A DNA stretch of 64,000 bases. Origin: Desulfatiglandales bacterium (GTDB lineage: Bacteria > Desulfobacterota > DSM-4660 > Desulfatiglandales > HGW-15). The notes beneath the pieces were generated by a model that was not told where the DNA came from, did no database searches, and saw only the letters and a list, made by a program, of their open reading frames with translations. The stretch spans positions 1,760,001 to 1,824,000 of the forward strand of contig CAXXJJ010000001.1 of assembly GCA_963667015.2 (NCBI GenBank). The letters run 5' to 3'. Below, piece by piece: positions 41,953 through 51,339 of this stretch (positions are counted from its first letter, which is position 1; each line of letters begins with the position of its first letter). Both the position numbers and the translations under genes were made by a program.

Positions 41953-43086
41953 ATGAACCTTGTAAATGTAAAAGCCATCGCACGCAAGGAATTCTATCAC
42001 CTGTTACGAGACTTCAGAAGCCTTTACATGGCCTTTCTTATGCCCCTGCTTCTTATACTCATGTTCGGGTATGCCCTGAGCCTTGATGTGGATAATGTAA
42101 GTGTCGTAGTTGTTGATCATGACAAGACTCCGTTAACAAGAGATTTTTTAACAAAGCTTGACGCATCGCCTTATTTTAATATAACAGCTTACCCCAATGA
42201 CGTTTCCGACGCCGCGATATATCTTGATAAGGGAAACGCTACTATAGCCCTTGTTTTTCCTCCGGGCTGGACAGACAACATTAAGTCGGATTCCGACTCT
42301 CCATTGCAGGTTTTAATGGATGGCGCTGATCCTAACTATGCAACTATTTCAAAAGGCTATATCGAGTCATTTGTAGAAGTCTATAATAACAGCCTGCTCA
42401 GTGATTACCTTAACCGAATGGGCATGAACAAAATCAAACCCCCTGTAAATGCAAAAATCAGGATCTGGTTTAACGAGGAGCTTGAAAGCAGTAACTTTAT
42501 TGTGCCGGGTATCATTGCTATTATCATCATGATAGTAGGAGTTATTTTAACATCCCTTGTTATAGCAAGGGAATATGAAAACGGCACAATGGAGACCATC
42601 AGGTCTCTTCCCATAAAGGCAGAAGAGTTTTTCCTGGGCAAGGCTATACCCTATTATTTTATCGGTTTCGCGGATGTGCTTGTGGCAGTGCTTATGGGGC
42701 AGATACTTTTTGGCGTTGTGATCAAGGGAAGTTTTATTCTTATGCTTATTGCCTCTACCCTTTACCTTATGGTAGCCCTTAGCATGGGACTGTTTATTTC
42801 TGTCGCTGTAAAATCCCAGCTTGTTGCAAACCAGATTGCAATCCTGACTTCGTATCTACCTGCATTGATGTTATCGGACTTTGTATTCCCGATTGAAAAT
42901 ATGCCGGTCATGCTAAGAAATATTTCACGTGTTGTACCTGCCAAATACTTTATTGATATACTTAACGGCCTGTACCTGCGAAATATAGGCCTTTCCTACA
43001 TCTGGAAAGACTACATGATTCTTTTAATAATGTTCTTTATATTTTTTGCTCATACTCTAAAAAAGCTTAAAAAGGAGGGCATGTAA
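41953..43086 (+). CDS. ABC-2 type permease (YbhS-like)
   Basis: ARKEF...RD, WFNEEL.S.NFIVPG, AREYENGTME. Confidence 0.9.
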   Translation: MNLVNVKAIARKEFYHLLRDFRSLYMAFLMPLLLILMFGYALSLDVDNVSVVVVDHDKTPLTRDFLTKLDASPYFNITAYPNDVSDAAIYLDKGNATIALVFPPGWTDNIKSDSDSPLQVLMDGADPNYATISKGYIESFVEVYNNSLLSDYLNRMGMNKIKPPVNAKIRIWFNEELESSNFIVPGIIAIIIMIVGVILTSLVIAREYENGTMETIRSLPIKAEEFFLGKAIPYYFIGFADVLVAVLMGQILFGVVIKGSFILMLIASTLYLMVALSMGLFISVAVKSQLVANQIAILTSYLPALMLSDFVFPIENMPVMLRNISRVVPAKYFIDILNGLYLRNIGLSYIWKDYMILLIMFFIFFAHTLKKLKKEGM

Positions 43087-44208
43087 ATGAACTTCCTGTG
43101 CGTAAGAGAACTTATAAGAAAAGAGTTTATTCAGCTTTTCAGAGAAAAGAAAAACAGGCCTCTCCTGTTTGTTGCACCTTTACTGCAGCTTATAATATTC
43201 GGCTATGTAGTTTCCACGGATGTAAAAGATGTAACCATGGCCGTGCTTGATCAGGCAAATACCTATGAAAGCCGAAAGCTTATCGATGCATTTGATGCAA
43301 ACAAAACATTCAGGGTAACAGCAAGGGCTGCAAATGAACATGAACTGGAAGAATATATCCTTAAAAGGAAGGTGCATGTTGGCTTAAAGATTAATCCTGA
43401 TTTCAGCGAGAAAATTAAAAAAGGTGATACTGCCGATATCCAGATACTTGTTGACGGAAGTATGAGTAATATATCAGCAACAAGAATGGCATATATGAAT
43501 ATGCTGCTTAGAGATTTCAATAAACAGATGATAAGGGACCGCCTGCAAAGGGAATTGAGTTACGGCAGGGTAGACGTAAGAACAAGAACATGGTTTAACC
43601 CGAACCTTGACAGTTATTACTTTTTTGTGCCGGGCATTGTGGCTTTTTTAATAATGCTGATATCGCTCCTTTTCACATCCCTTGCCATAATAAGGGAAAA
43701 AGAAGCCGGGACCATGGAACAGCTTATTGTTACCCCGGTAAAGCCCATGGAGTTTATAGCCGGCAAGACAATACCCTATGCCATAATATCAATCCTGCAG
43801 ATGATTGCTGTAATAGCCTTTGCACTGTTCTGGTTCAAGGTTCCTATGGAGGGGAGTATTCTGATATTGTTTTTGGGGAGTATACTTTTTCTTTTAAGTA
43901 CACTTGGGATAGGTCTTTTCATATCCGCAATATCAAGCACGCAGCAGCAGGCAATGATGACAACCTTCTTTTTTATCCTGCCCTTTTTTATGCTGAGCGG
44001 CCTTATTTTTCCAATCGTAAATATGCCTGTTGTAATCCAGTGGCTGACATTGCTGAATCCTCTGAGGTACTTCCTTGTCATAATAAGAGGTATCTTCCTT
44101 AAAGGTGTCGGCATGGGTGCACTTTGGCCCCAGTTTGTTGGGCTTTTGATTTTGGGTGTGGTTGTGTTTGCCGGAGCTATGAGGTTTTTCAGGAAAAGGA
44201 TGGATTAA
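43087..44208 (+). CDS. ABC-2 type permease (YbhR-like)
   Basis: KEFIQL, WFNPNL, REKEAGTMEQLIVTP, NPLRYF. Confidence 0.9.
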   Translation: MNFLCVRELIRKEFIQLFREKKNRPLLFVAPLLQLIIFGYVVSTDVKDVTMAVLDQANTYESRKLIDAFDANKTFRVTARAANEHELEEYILKRKVHVGLKINPDFSEKIKKGDTADIQILVDGSMSNISATRMAYMNMLLRDFNKQMIRDRLQRELSYGRVDVRTRTWFNPNLDSYYFFVPGIVAFLIMLISLLFTSLAIIREKEAGTMEQLIVTPVKPMEFIAGKTIPYAIISILQMIAVIAFALFWFKVPMEGSILILFLGSILFLLSTLGIGLFISAISSTQQQAMMTTFFFILPFFMLSGLIFPIVNMPVVIQWLTLLNPLRYFLVIIRGIFLKGVGMGALWPQFVGLLILGVVVFAGAMRFFRKRMD

Positions 44209-44225
44209 AAACAAAACCCTTGAAT

Positions 44226-44364
44226 TAGCCACGAAACATACGAAAAGTTTTGTTTTTTTAAAAACTTGGAATTAACCACGAAATACACTAAACACACAAA
44301 AGTTTAAAAACGAAAGATAAATTATTTTGTCTTTTTTCGTGCCTTTCGTGTGGTTCGTGGTTAA
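44226..44364. repeat. CACGAAA/TTTCGTG 9-nt-period repeat cluster at the left island boundary
   Basis: GCCACGAAACATACGAAAAG; AACCACGAAATACACTAAACACACAAAA; TTTCGTGCCTTTCGTGTGGTTCGTGGTTAA. Confidence 0.85.
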
Positions 44365-44394
44365 AAAGCATTTGTATTTTATATGGAGGCCTAC

Positions 44395-44772
44395 ATGGCA
44401 GATATAATTTATAAAGATGAAGTATATACAATACAGGGAGCTGTTTTTGAAGTTTATAAAGAGATGGGTAGCGGGTTTCTCGAGTCTGTCTATCAGGAAT
44501 GTCTTGAAAGGGAATTAAAGTCAAGAGACATACAATTTGAACCACAAAAAGAACTAATTCTTTCTTATAAAGGGAAATTCTTGAAGCAAACCTACCGGCC
44601 CGATTTTATTTTTTACAATTCGATCATTGGATAGATTAAGGCAATTAAAGAAGTCTCAAATGAGCATCGTGCTCAAGTTATAAATTACCTAAAAGCAACA
44701 GGCTATCGATTGGGTTTACTGATAAACTTCGGCCATTATCCAAAAGCAACGGTAGAAAGGATAATACTTTAG
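44395..44772 (+). pseudogene. GxxExxY-family PD-(D/E)XK protein with in-frame TAG
   Basis: GSGFLESVYQECL, YRPDF, then IIG*IKA...[21 protein letters not shown] in the same frame to TAG 44772. Confidence 0.85.
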
Positions 44773-44828
44773 GGCACGTAATTCACACAACGCCAGAAAG
44801 GTTTTAAGAAAAAAATGTTTTTGACTGA

Positions 44829-44860
44829 TTTTCGTGTATTTCGTGTATTTCGTGGTTCAA
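44829..44860. repeat. TTTCGTG-family repeat
   Basis: TTTTCGTGTATTTCGTGTATTTCGTGGTTCAA. Confidence 0.85.
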
Positions 44861-44975
44861 TTTTGCTTTTAGTTTTTTTAATATATAACCCTCTTCCAAT
44901 CCGCTAATCATCTTGACGCATATATTTAATATGGCTACAATAGCTGTATTACTAATATGGTACATAAAGGTGATT

Positions 44976-45182
44976 ATGAGAAAAACAACTGTAGTTATTG
45001 ATGAAACACTTCTGGAAGATGCAATCAAGGCCATTGGCGCTCATACAAAAAAAGAAGCGATTGAGGCAGGCCTCAGATCCCTTGTAAAAAAACACAACAG
45101 GGAGTTGTTGCGGAATGAACTTGGCACATTTGATATTGATCTTTCTTTAGACGATTTAAAGGAACTGAGGAATGCTGATTAA
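44976..45182 (+). CDS. VapB-type antitoxin (RHH)
   Basis: MRKTTVVIDETLLEDA...TKKEAIEAGLR; overlaps the PIN gene. Confidence 0.85.
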   Translation: MRKTTVVIDETLLEDAIKAIGAHTKKEAIEAGLRSLVKKHNRELLRNELGTFDIDLSLDDLKELRNAD

Positions 45183-45597
45183 ACCTGTCCTCATTGATAC
45201 TTCTGCATGGATCTTTGCATTAAGGAAGGAATATGTTCCCGAAATCAAGGATCGGGTTGATCAATTATTAAAAGAAAATCTGGTGGTTATCACAGGGATA
45301 ATCAAGCTCGAAATTCTTACCGGCACAAAGTCCAAATCCGAATATCAACGCCTTAAAAAGAGGCTGACTGCTTTGGATAATATAGGAACGAATGAAAACA
45401 TATGGGATACAGCCTTTGAACTTGCATTCAATCTCAGGAGAAAAGGTTTAACTATACCGCATACCGATATTTTAATAGCCGCTTGTGCCTTATATGAAGA
45501 TTGTATCCTCATACACGCGGATAATCATTTTGACCTCATTGCCCAACACGTTGGCCTACAAACCGAAAGCTATGTGAAGGTAATAAATCAGCAATAA
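45172..45597 (+). CDS. VapC PIN-domain toxin
   Basis: VLIDTSAWI, IKLEIL, DILIAACA, HADNHF. Confidence 0.9.
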   Translation: MLIKPVLIDTSAWIFALRKEYVPEIKDRVDQLLKENLVVITGIIKLEILTGTKSKSEYQRLKKRLTALDNIGTNENIWDTAFELAFNLRRKGLTIPHTDILIAACALYEDCILIHADNHFDLIAQHVGLQTESYVKVINQQ

Positions 45598-45680
45598 CTA
45601 CGACGAAATACACTACATTTTTAAAAGAATAAAGAAAAAGTCTTTTATTTTTTAGTGTCTTTCGTGTGGTTCGTGGTAAA
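45596..45680. repeat. Inverted pair of CACGAAA/TTTCGTG repeats
   Basis: AACTACGACGAAATACAC...TTTAGTGTCTTTCGTGTGGTTCGTGGTAAA. Confidence 0.75.
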
Positions 45681-45693
45681 AAAATGTTTGTGG

Positions 45694-46644
45694 TTAGATG
45701 TGCTCAGAAAGCCTTTTCAATGAAAAGATTCCTTCCAGTCCTTTGATGCCCTTTGGCTTTTTCTCATGTTTCGATGAAAAATAATCCTTAAAATCCTGGT
45801 AGACTCGGTCAACAAATGCTTTGCTGCCGATGATGCCGCTGTCTGTAAAATACCGGGTCCGGTAAAGAAAGCGGTCAACGTCATCCACTTCAAAATCCCT
45901 GGATTTTTCTCTCTCCAGGTTTTTTATATTACCTTTTTCGTATAAAAATTTCCGGTAGTATCTCAGGCGTTCACTAATCTTTTTATCATTTACCCCGTGA
46001 AATTCACTTGTGACTGGTTCCCCTATTTCACCGGGGTTGAATTCAGCCAGACCAAAATCAAGGGAAAGAAAGTCATCCTTATTATTCGTCTGTAAATGAT
46101 ATCCGATTGAGCTCCAGCGATAATTTTCCGGCTTCTCCACAATGCCGGCCCTTACAGGGTTTAGATCAATGTAGGCGAGACAGTTGATCAGGGTTTCTCC
46201 ATTATCTACAATCACACTCTTGAAGCGTTCAGACCAGAAAAAACCTTTGCGGTTGTGCCTTCTGTTATAAAATCTGGAAAAGCTCTGCTTTATTTCCTTC
46301 ATATATTCGGAAAGGTCACTCCATTTTTTTCTAAGTTGAAGGATGTTAGTGCAATTTAATTCTCTAGCACTATTCTTTTCACCATAATACAGCTTAAACC
46401 TTTCCTTTATATCATCATCCGAAGACTTATCATCCTGATGCATTCTTACAAGGAGGTGAAAGTGGTTGCCCATAATGCAGAATCCAAGCACTTCAGTAAA
46501 GTAGACTCTGCTGAGTTTCTTTATCAACTCAACCAGATATTCTTTTTCGATGTCACCCAGCACAAATCCATCCAGGGCAGTTCTTGACATTACATGATAA
46601 ACTGCCGGTTCGTTTTTAACTATAATCCTGGCAATTCGGGGCAT
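45694..46644 (-). mobile_element. REP-associated tyrosine transposase (RAYT, IS200-like Y1 HUH)
   Basis: MPRIAR, YHVMSR, CIMGNHFHLLV (HUH), FWSERFKS, YIDLNPVRAGIV, YRWSS. Confidence 0.88.
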
Positions 46645-46875
46645 ATTCGACCTCCTGCATTCCTTGAAAAGAGATTTGGAAATCATACCCAACCCAAATC
46701 ATAAAATCAACAATAATTTGCCTGTCCCCTTTTGTTCCTTTTGTTCCTTTTGTTTTTTTTAAAAAAAAGGTGTCGGTATGGATGTATTGTGGCCACAGTT
46801 TGCCGGGCTTTTAATTCTCGGCCTAGTTGTTTTTGCAGGGGCTATGAGTTTTTTCCGGAAAAGAATGGAATAAAT

Positions 46876-47013
46876 ATGACCATGAAAAATATTATCAAAA
46901 AATGGACAATGCCGATCAGTAGATGGCAAGCTATTAATCAGTTTACCATCCTCTTTGAGGAAAGTCGTCCTCTTTTTTAAATGGCTTTTTAGTTACACAG
47001 ATTTTATGATACT
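46876..47013 (+). mobile_element. IS256-family transposase 3' remnant with terminal sequence
   Basis: KNIIKKWTMPISRWQAINQFTILFEE resembles IS256 C-termini; followed by AGTTACACAGATTTT end-like sequence. Confidence 0.65.
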
Positions 47014-47025
47014 TTTAAATAATTC

Positions 47026-48114
47026 TTAATTAAAGTAGCCGTGATCAAAACCATAGAAATAATTTGCATGCACCACAATAATACTTTCTTTTCCTTTTAG
47101 TGTAAGAATTTCATCAGATGAATGCCTACTAATGCCATATCCTAGTAGTTCTCCCTCTTCAGTACATACGCTAATAACATCTCCCTTGTTAAACTCACCA
47201 TTAACTTTGACAACACCTTTTGCCAATAGTGATCCCCTATTATTATTCTTTTTAATTACTTCTGCGCCATTGTCACTTACGACAACTTCTCCTTTTGGTA
47301 CTGCTCCCGTACAAAGCCATTTTCTTACCCCTGATAGTTTCCTCTGCTTCGGAGCTTTAAAATGCGTACTTCTTACTTTTCCTAACGTGATTTGCCGAAT
47401 AACATTGTCAATATTTCCATTAACTATATAACTATCAATCCCTAAATCAAAGAGCAGTTTTGCAGCATTTAATTTACTATACATTCCGCCAGTGCCAGTT
47501 TGATATGCTTCAATATGTTCACAAATAAGTTCGAATTCCCCTTCTACTGTTTCTATTAACTCTTTCTTTTCATTTTCTGAAAAGTTTTTGTATAGGCCAT
47601 CAACAGATGACAAAAATATGACTTTGTCTGCATTCAGCATTCCGCCTAAATAAGAAGCTAAATGGTCATTATCAGAAAAATTAACCTCTTGTCTATGAAG
47701 AATGTCATTATCATTTACAATAGGAATCACTGAATTAGATATTAAGTTCCTAATAGTGTCTCTTATATTAAAATATTGCATTCTGTTCGCAAATGAATCA
47801 CGGGAGACTAATATTTGTGCAACATTTCGACCAAATTGCATAGAAATATCAGTGTAAAATCTCATTAGCCTAGGTTGCCCTATTGATGCATGATATTGTT
47901 TTCTCTGATCTTTGGGGATGCCTTTCAAGTTGATGCTATTGAAAGATCCAGCTGCTACAGCTCCAGATGTGACCAGTACTACTGGATAGCCATCACCCAT
48001 AACATTTACTAGGTCCTCGATAAGTTTTGCTATCCTCGAATAATTTAACTGACCATTTTTCTGGACTAAAACAGAAGAACCCACTTTTACTACAATTGTT
48101 TCTTTTTTTATCAT
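47026..48114 (-). CDS. proB: Glutamate 5-kinase with PUA domain (accessory paralog)
   Basis: VVKVGSS, VTSGAVAAG, IPIVNDND, FSDNDHLA, VDGLY, GTGGMYSK, C-terminal PUA; ATGA overlap with upstream gene. Confidence 0.88.
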   Translation of the reverse strand: MIKKETIVVKVGSSVLVQKNGQLNYSRIAKLIEDLVNVMGDGYPVVLVTSGAVAAGSFNSINLKGIPKDQRKQYHASIGQPRLMRFYTDISMQFGRNVAQILVSRDSFANRMQYFNIRDTIRNLISNSVIPIVNDNDILHRQEVNFSDNDHLASYLGGMLNADKVIFLSSVDGLYKNFSENEKKELIETVEGEFELICEHIEAYQTGTGGMYSKLNAAKLLFDLGIDSYIVNGNIDNVIRQITLGKVRSTHFKAPKQRKLSGVRKWLCTGAVPKGEVVVSDNGAEVIKKNNNRGSLLAKGVVKVNGEFNKGDVISVCTEEGELLGYGISRHSSDEILTLKGKESIIVVHANYFYGFDHGYFN

Positions 48115-50288
48115 ACTTTCACCGCGCAAAAAACATACATTTGAGAATTTTTTCCACTCAATAAATCAAGTAGATGTTGATCAATTTTCAAGACATCCAA
48201 CTCATTAATCTCACCAAGCCATGCTTCGTAACATTCATCTGGTAGAAATGCTATGGGTTTGGCTTTTTCTACAATGAAACCACTATCTTTAAGCATATCT
48301 TCAACACCTTTTGTCATTTTTGTATTGCGTTGGATATATTCACGTTCTTCTCGGTTATAAAAATGTAAGTGACTTGTATATGGACATTCTTTATTCCATG
48401 ATGAGAAAATAAACATTCCATTTGATTTTAGGCTCTCATAAATCCAGTGAATAAAACGGTGCTGATCAACTAAGGGAATATGATTAAAGGTCCCCATCAT
48501 ACATGTTACTAGAGAAAATCGATTATATTCAGGATCATGTTCAAGTATATTCTTTTTTTCAATACATACATTTTCGTCGCCTTCCGAACGCATTTTGCAT
48601 ATATGTATTGCTGCATCATCGATATCGTACCCTACAGCATAAAAACCATTTGCCGAAAGCCATAAAGGGTAGCGACAAGTTGCGCAACCTATATCTAGAG
48701 ACACAGGCTTTCCTTCTGATGGAAACCTAGCATTAAATAGATAGTTCTCTACAGCTGATTTTTCTAAAATTTTTTTTGCATGATCTGAGCGACTTGGATA
48801 TTCATATTTTATATAATTCACAACACCATAATCTACAGATTGAGAAAAGCTAGCTTTCCCTTTTTTCTGATTTGCTATGGAAAATATTTCATTCCTGTTT
48901 CTGTCTTCGAGTAAAGAACGGTATGATGCAGAGTTGCTTGAAACAGTTTTAGTTAGTGAATTTGATGTTTCTACTCCGAGGTTTTCCAACATAGACATTA
49001 TCTCTGGAATATATTTTTTTTCAATGCTTGAAACATTTGCTACTAAATATTGACGAGCATCGTCATAATTTCCTAATCCAATCAATGATTTTGCAAAAAG
49101 AACAACAGCAAGACTGTAATATGGATGAGTAGAATCTACAATTTGTAATCCGTCTACTGCAAGTTGGTATTCTCCAATGGAAAAGCAGAGTATCGATTTT
49201 ATAAATCGATTGAAATCCGTTTCACCATTTTGGGCTCGGTTATCTATGGTTTCTATCAGGTTTTTCGCTTCCTTTTCTTCTATTTCATTATTTGTAATAG
49301 CATTGAGAAGGGAAGGTATAATAACTGTGTCAGGAACACCTTCTTGAAGGGCTAGAATTAAATCCGTATTTTTTTTATTAACATTTGATGTGGATAGAAA
49401 TTTATCAATAGCTAGAATACGTTCTTGATTGAGTTCAATATAAAAGCAAGAAATTGAACCGTCTCCGAGGGCTAGAAAAATATGCCCATGCTTTTCATCA
49501 TATGAAATGTTCCAGATTTCTGATCCCTGATTAGATGTGTATATATTTATATTAGGATCTATTGTTGACCATATTGTCAATTGTCCAGATTTACTTCCAC
49601 TGATAACAAGTTTATCCATTGTGACCACTGAAAGTATATCTCTACCTTCTTTTTTACAAATATTTACGCCATTAGAAGAAGTAGAGAACATGTATGGTCC
49701 ATGAGTTCCTGTGCTGAAAAAATTTTCACGTTCAGAATAAGATATATTGTAACAGTTATTTTTCAGTGATACGATTTTGGAAATTCCATTCTTAATGGAA
49801 TATTTGTATACTCCATCTTTCTCAGCATTGATTAAAATGGAATTTTCGTCAAATTTGCACAGTCCATATAATGGTGTGCCTATTTCAATTCTTTCTATTA
49901 GTTTAGCATTGTCGCAATCAAACGCGTAAAGTCCACCTTCCCATCCAGAAGCAAATACTATGTTACCTAAGATACATGTATCCCATATAGGTTCACTTGT
50001 TTCATGCTGGAGAAGAATTTCATCATCTGAATAAAGCGATACCAATCCTTTCCCTTTTATTTTATCAGCATGTCCTGATGCAAAAGTTATTGTGCCATTA
50101 TTTTTAGTTGCATGGGAAACACCCCATACGGGCATATTATGCGGGTACTCTGTGATTACATTTCCATAGTAGTCAAAGATATAAGAGTTTCCAGATACAT
50201 CACCAACGGAAACTGTTTGAGAATATGGTTCTAAACATATATCAATAATGGAAGTTCCTAGATTTTTTTTCCAAAGATGTGACAGCAT
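48111..50288 (-). CDS. WD40-like beta-propeller + TPR-like + class I SAM methyltransferase fusion
   Basis: Repeats such as IFLALGDGSISCF, VISGSKSGQLTIWS, VFASGWEGGLYAFD; helical TPR-like middle; SLDIGCATCR/GYDID/FNHI/LKSNGMFIF MTase motifs. Confidence 0.75.
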   Translation of the reverse strand: MLSHLWKKNLGTSIIDICLEPYSQTVSVGDVSGNSYIFDYYGNVITEYPHNMPVWGVSHATKNNGTITFASGHADKIKGKGLVSLYSDDEILLQHETSEPIWDTCILGNIVFASGWEGGLYAFDCDNAKLIERIEIGTPLYGLCKFDENSILINAEKDGVYKYSIKNGISKIVSLKNNCYNISYSERENFFSTGTHGPYMFSTSSNGVNICKKEGRDILSVVTMDKLVISGSKSGQLTIWSTIDPNINIYTSNQGSEIWNISYDEKHGHIFLALGDGSISCFYIELNQERILAIDKFLSTSNVNKKNTDLILALQEGVPDTVIIPSLLNAITNNEIEEKEAKNLIETIDNRAQNGETDFNRFIKSILCFSIGEYQLAVDGLQIVDSTHPYYSLAVVLFAKSLIGLGNYDDARQYLVANVSSIEKKYIPEIMSMLENLGVETSNSLTKTVSSNSASYRSLLEDRNRNEIFSIANQKKGKASFSQSVDYGVVNYIKYEYPSRSDHAKKILEKSAVENYLFNARFPSEGKPVSLDIGCATCRYPLWLSANGFYAVGYDIDDAAIHICKMRSEGDENVCIEKKNILEHDPEYNRFSLVTCMMGTFNHIPLVDQHRFIHWIYESLKSNGMFIFSSWNKECPYTSHLHFYNREEREYIQRNTKMTKGVEDMLKDSGFIVEKAKPIAFLPDECYEAWLGEINELDVLKIDQHLLDLLSGKNSQMYVFCAVKV

Positions 50289-50346
50289 AAATTAAAACCT
50301 CTAGCCAATAGACATGTTTTATTAATAGATACTTGCTTTAGTTTCC

Positions 50347-50505
50347 ACATAGAGGATGATTTCCCCGCTTCCCCGCTTCCCCGCTCAGGCAATGTAAGTA
50401 AAAAAATGACCGAAGGTCAATGAAACTCGCAAGAAAGCGGCTTGAGGAGGAAAATAAATAATACTTAAGTCAGCTTACAGTCAGCAGACGTATAGTTATT
50501 TATGT
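50347..50505. repeat. Long imperfect inverted repeat (attC-like) containing (TTCCCCGC)x3
   Basis: ACATA/TATGT, CCGCT/AGCAG, TGTAAG/CTTACA arm pairs; begins just after the csaA stop. Confidence 0.45.
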
Positions 50506-50506
50506 A

Positions 50507-50881
50507 TTAGAACATTTTGCCGCCAATTTTAGCATCTACTGCAGGTGTGATAAATGTTGCTTCGCCACTCTCAGTCTTTGGGTATTGTACTCCCAGTGTG
50601 AGTACTTCAGAAGTGACATTCCCTACCTGTCTAGGTTCAAAATTCAGTACGCCAAGTACGAGAGCATTCTTCAACTCTTCAGGAGAGTGGTTTGTAAAAC
50701 GCCCAACACTTGTTTTTATTCCAAATTTGCCAAAATCTATCTTCATTTGATAAGCTTTTTTAGGCGAAGAGTTTTCTTCTTCTACTGAAATAATTCTACC
50801 TAATCGAATTTCTAATTTATCGAATGTTTCTTCTTTTGATACAATTTCTTTTGTTTCACGTGACATAAGATATTTCTCCAA
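50507..50881 (-). CDS. csaA: CsaA/Trbp111-type tRNA-binding OB-fold protein
   Basis: FDKLEIRLGRI, KKAYQMKIDFG, VLNFEPRQV...SEVLTLG. Confidence 0.85.
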   Translation of the reverse strand: MEKYLMSRETKEIVSKEETFDKLEIRLGRIISVEEENSSPKKAYQMKIDFGKFGIKTSVGRFTNHSPEELKNALVLGVLNFEPRQVGNVTSEVLTLGVQYPKTESGEATFITPAVDAKIGGKMF

Positions 50882-50926
50882 TTTTCAAGTATAAGTAATA
50901 AGACTTGGTAATCCTTTCTTAAATGG

Positions 50927-51096
50927 ATAATGGCCCCATTAACTTGTGATTTTTGAGAAGTAAGTTGCTTTTTATCATTTTCTTTGAAAATACTTTTTGT
51001 TTTACACTTTTTTCCGGTAAATATTTTCTGAGAAAATCATGAAAATTTAAAATATATAGTTACGTCAAACGAATCACTTATTAATTTGCCCATATG
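50927..51096. repeat. Long imperfect inverted repeat (attC-like)
   Basis: ATGG..ATTAA..GTGATT.TTTGA..GTAA ... TTAC.TCAAA..AATCAC..TTAAT..CCAT. Confidence 0.5.
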
Positions 51097-51339
51097 ATTT
51101 TGAGATGTTTTTCTCACTATATCAAAAAAACACCTATTAATTTTTATTTAATGCTTAAAAGTATTATACGAAAAGCAACTACAAAACAGTGTCAACAAAG
51201 AGCTTTGACACAGGTTTACCAGTTAAAAAGAATAATGTCGTGGAGGACATAAAAAGGCTGTTTATTTTACTGGATTTTATTTGGTAAGACTTAAATGGCA
51301 TATATAAAAAAATGGGGGGAAAGTCAAATGTTAAATTCA

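Noticed and set aside
44632..44634. Pyrrolysine recoding of the GxxExxY TAG
   Set aside because: The position needs an acidic catalytic residue, and there are no pyl genes or other in-frame ambers in the window
44804..45034. ORFs with NHEIHEIHE-like peptides (also 44288-44545, 51638-51832, 57089-57565)
   Set aside because: They are translations of the 9-nt repeats or antisense shadows of real genes
46732..46980. 82-aa ORF as a real gene
   Set aside because: The N-terminal half derives from low-complexity TTTTGTTCC repeats; only the tail resembles an IS256 transposase remnant
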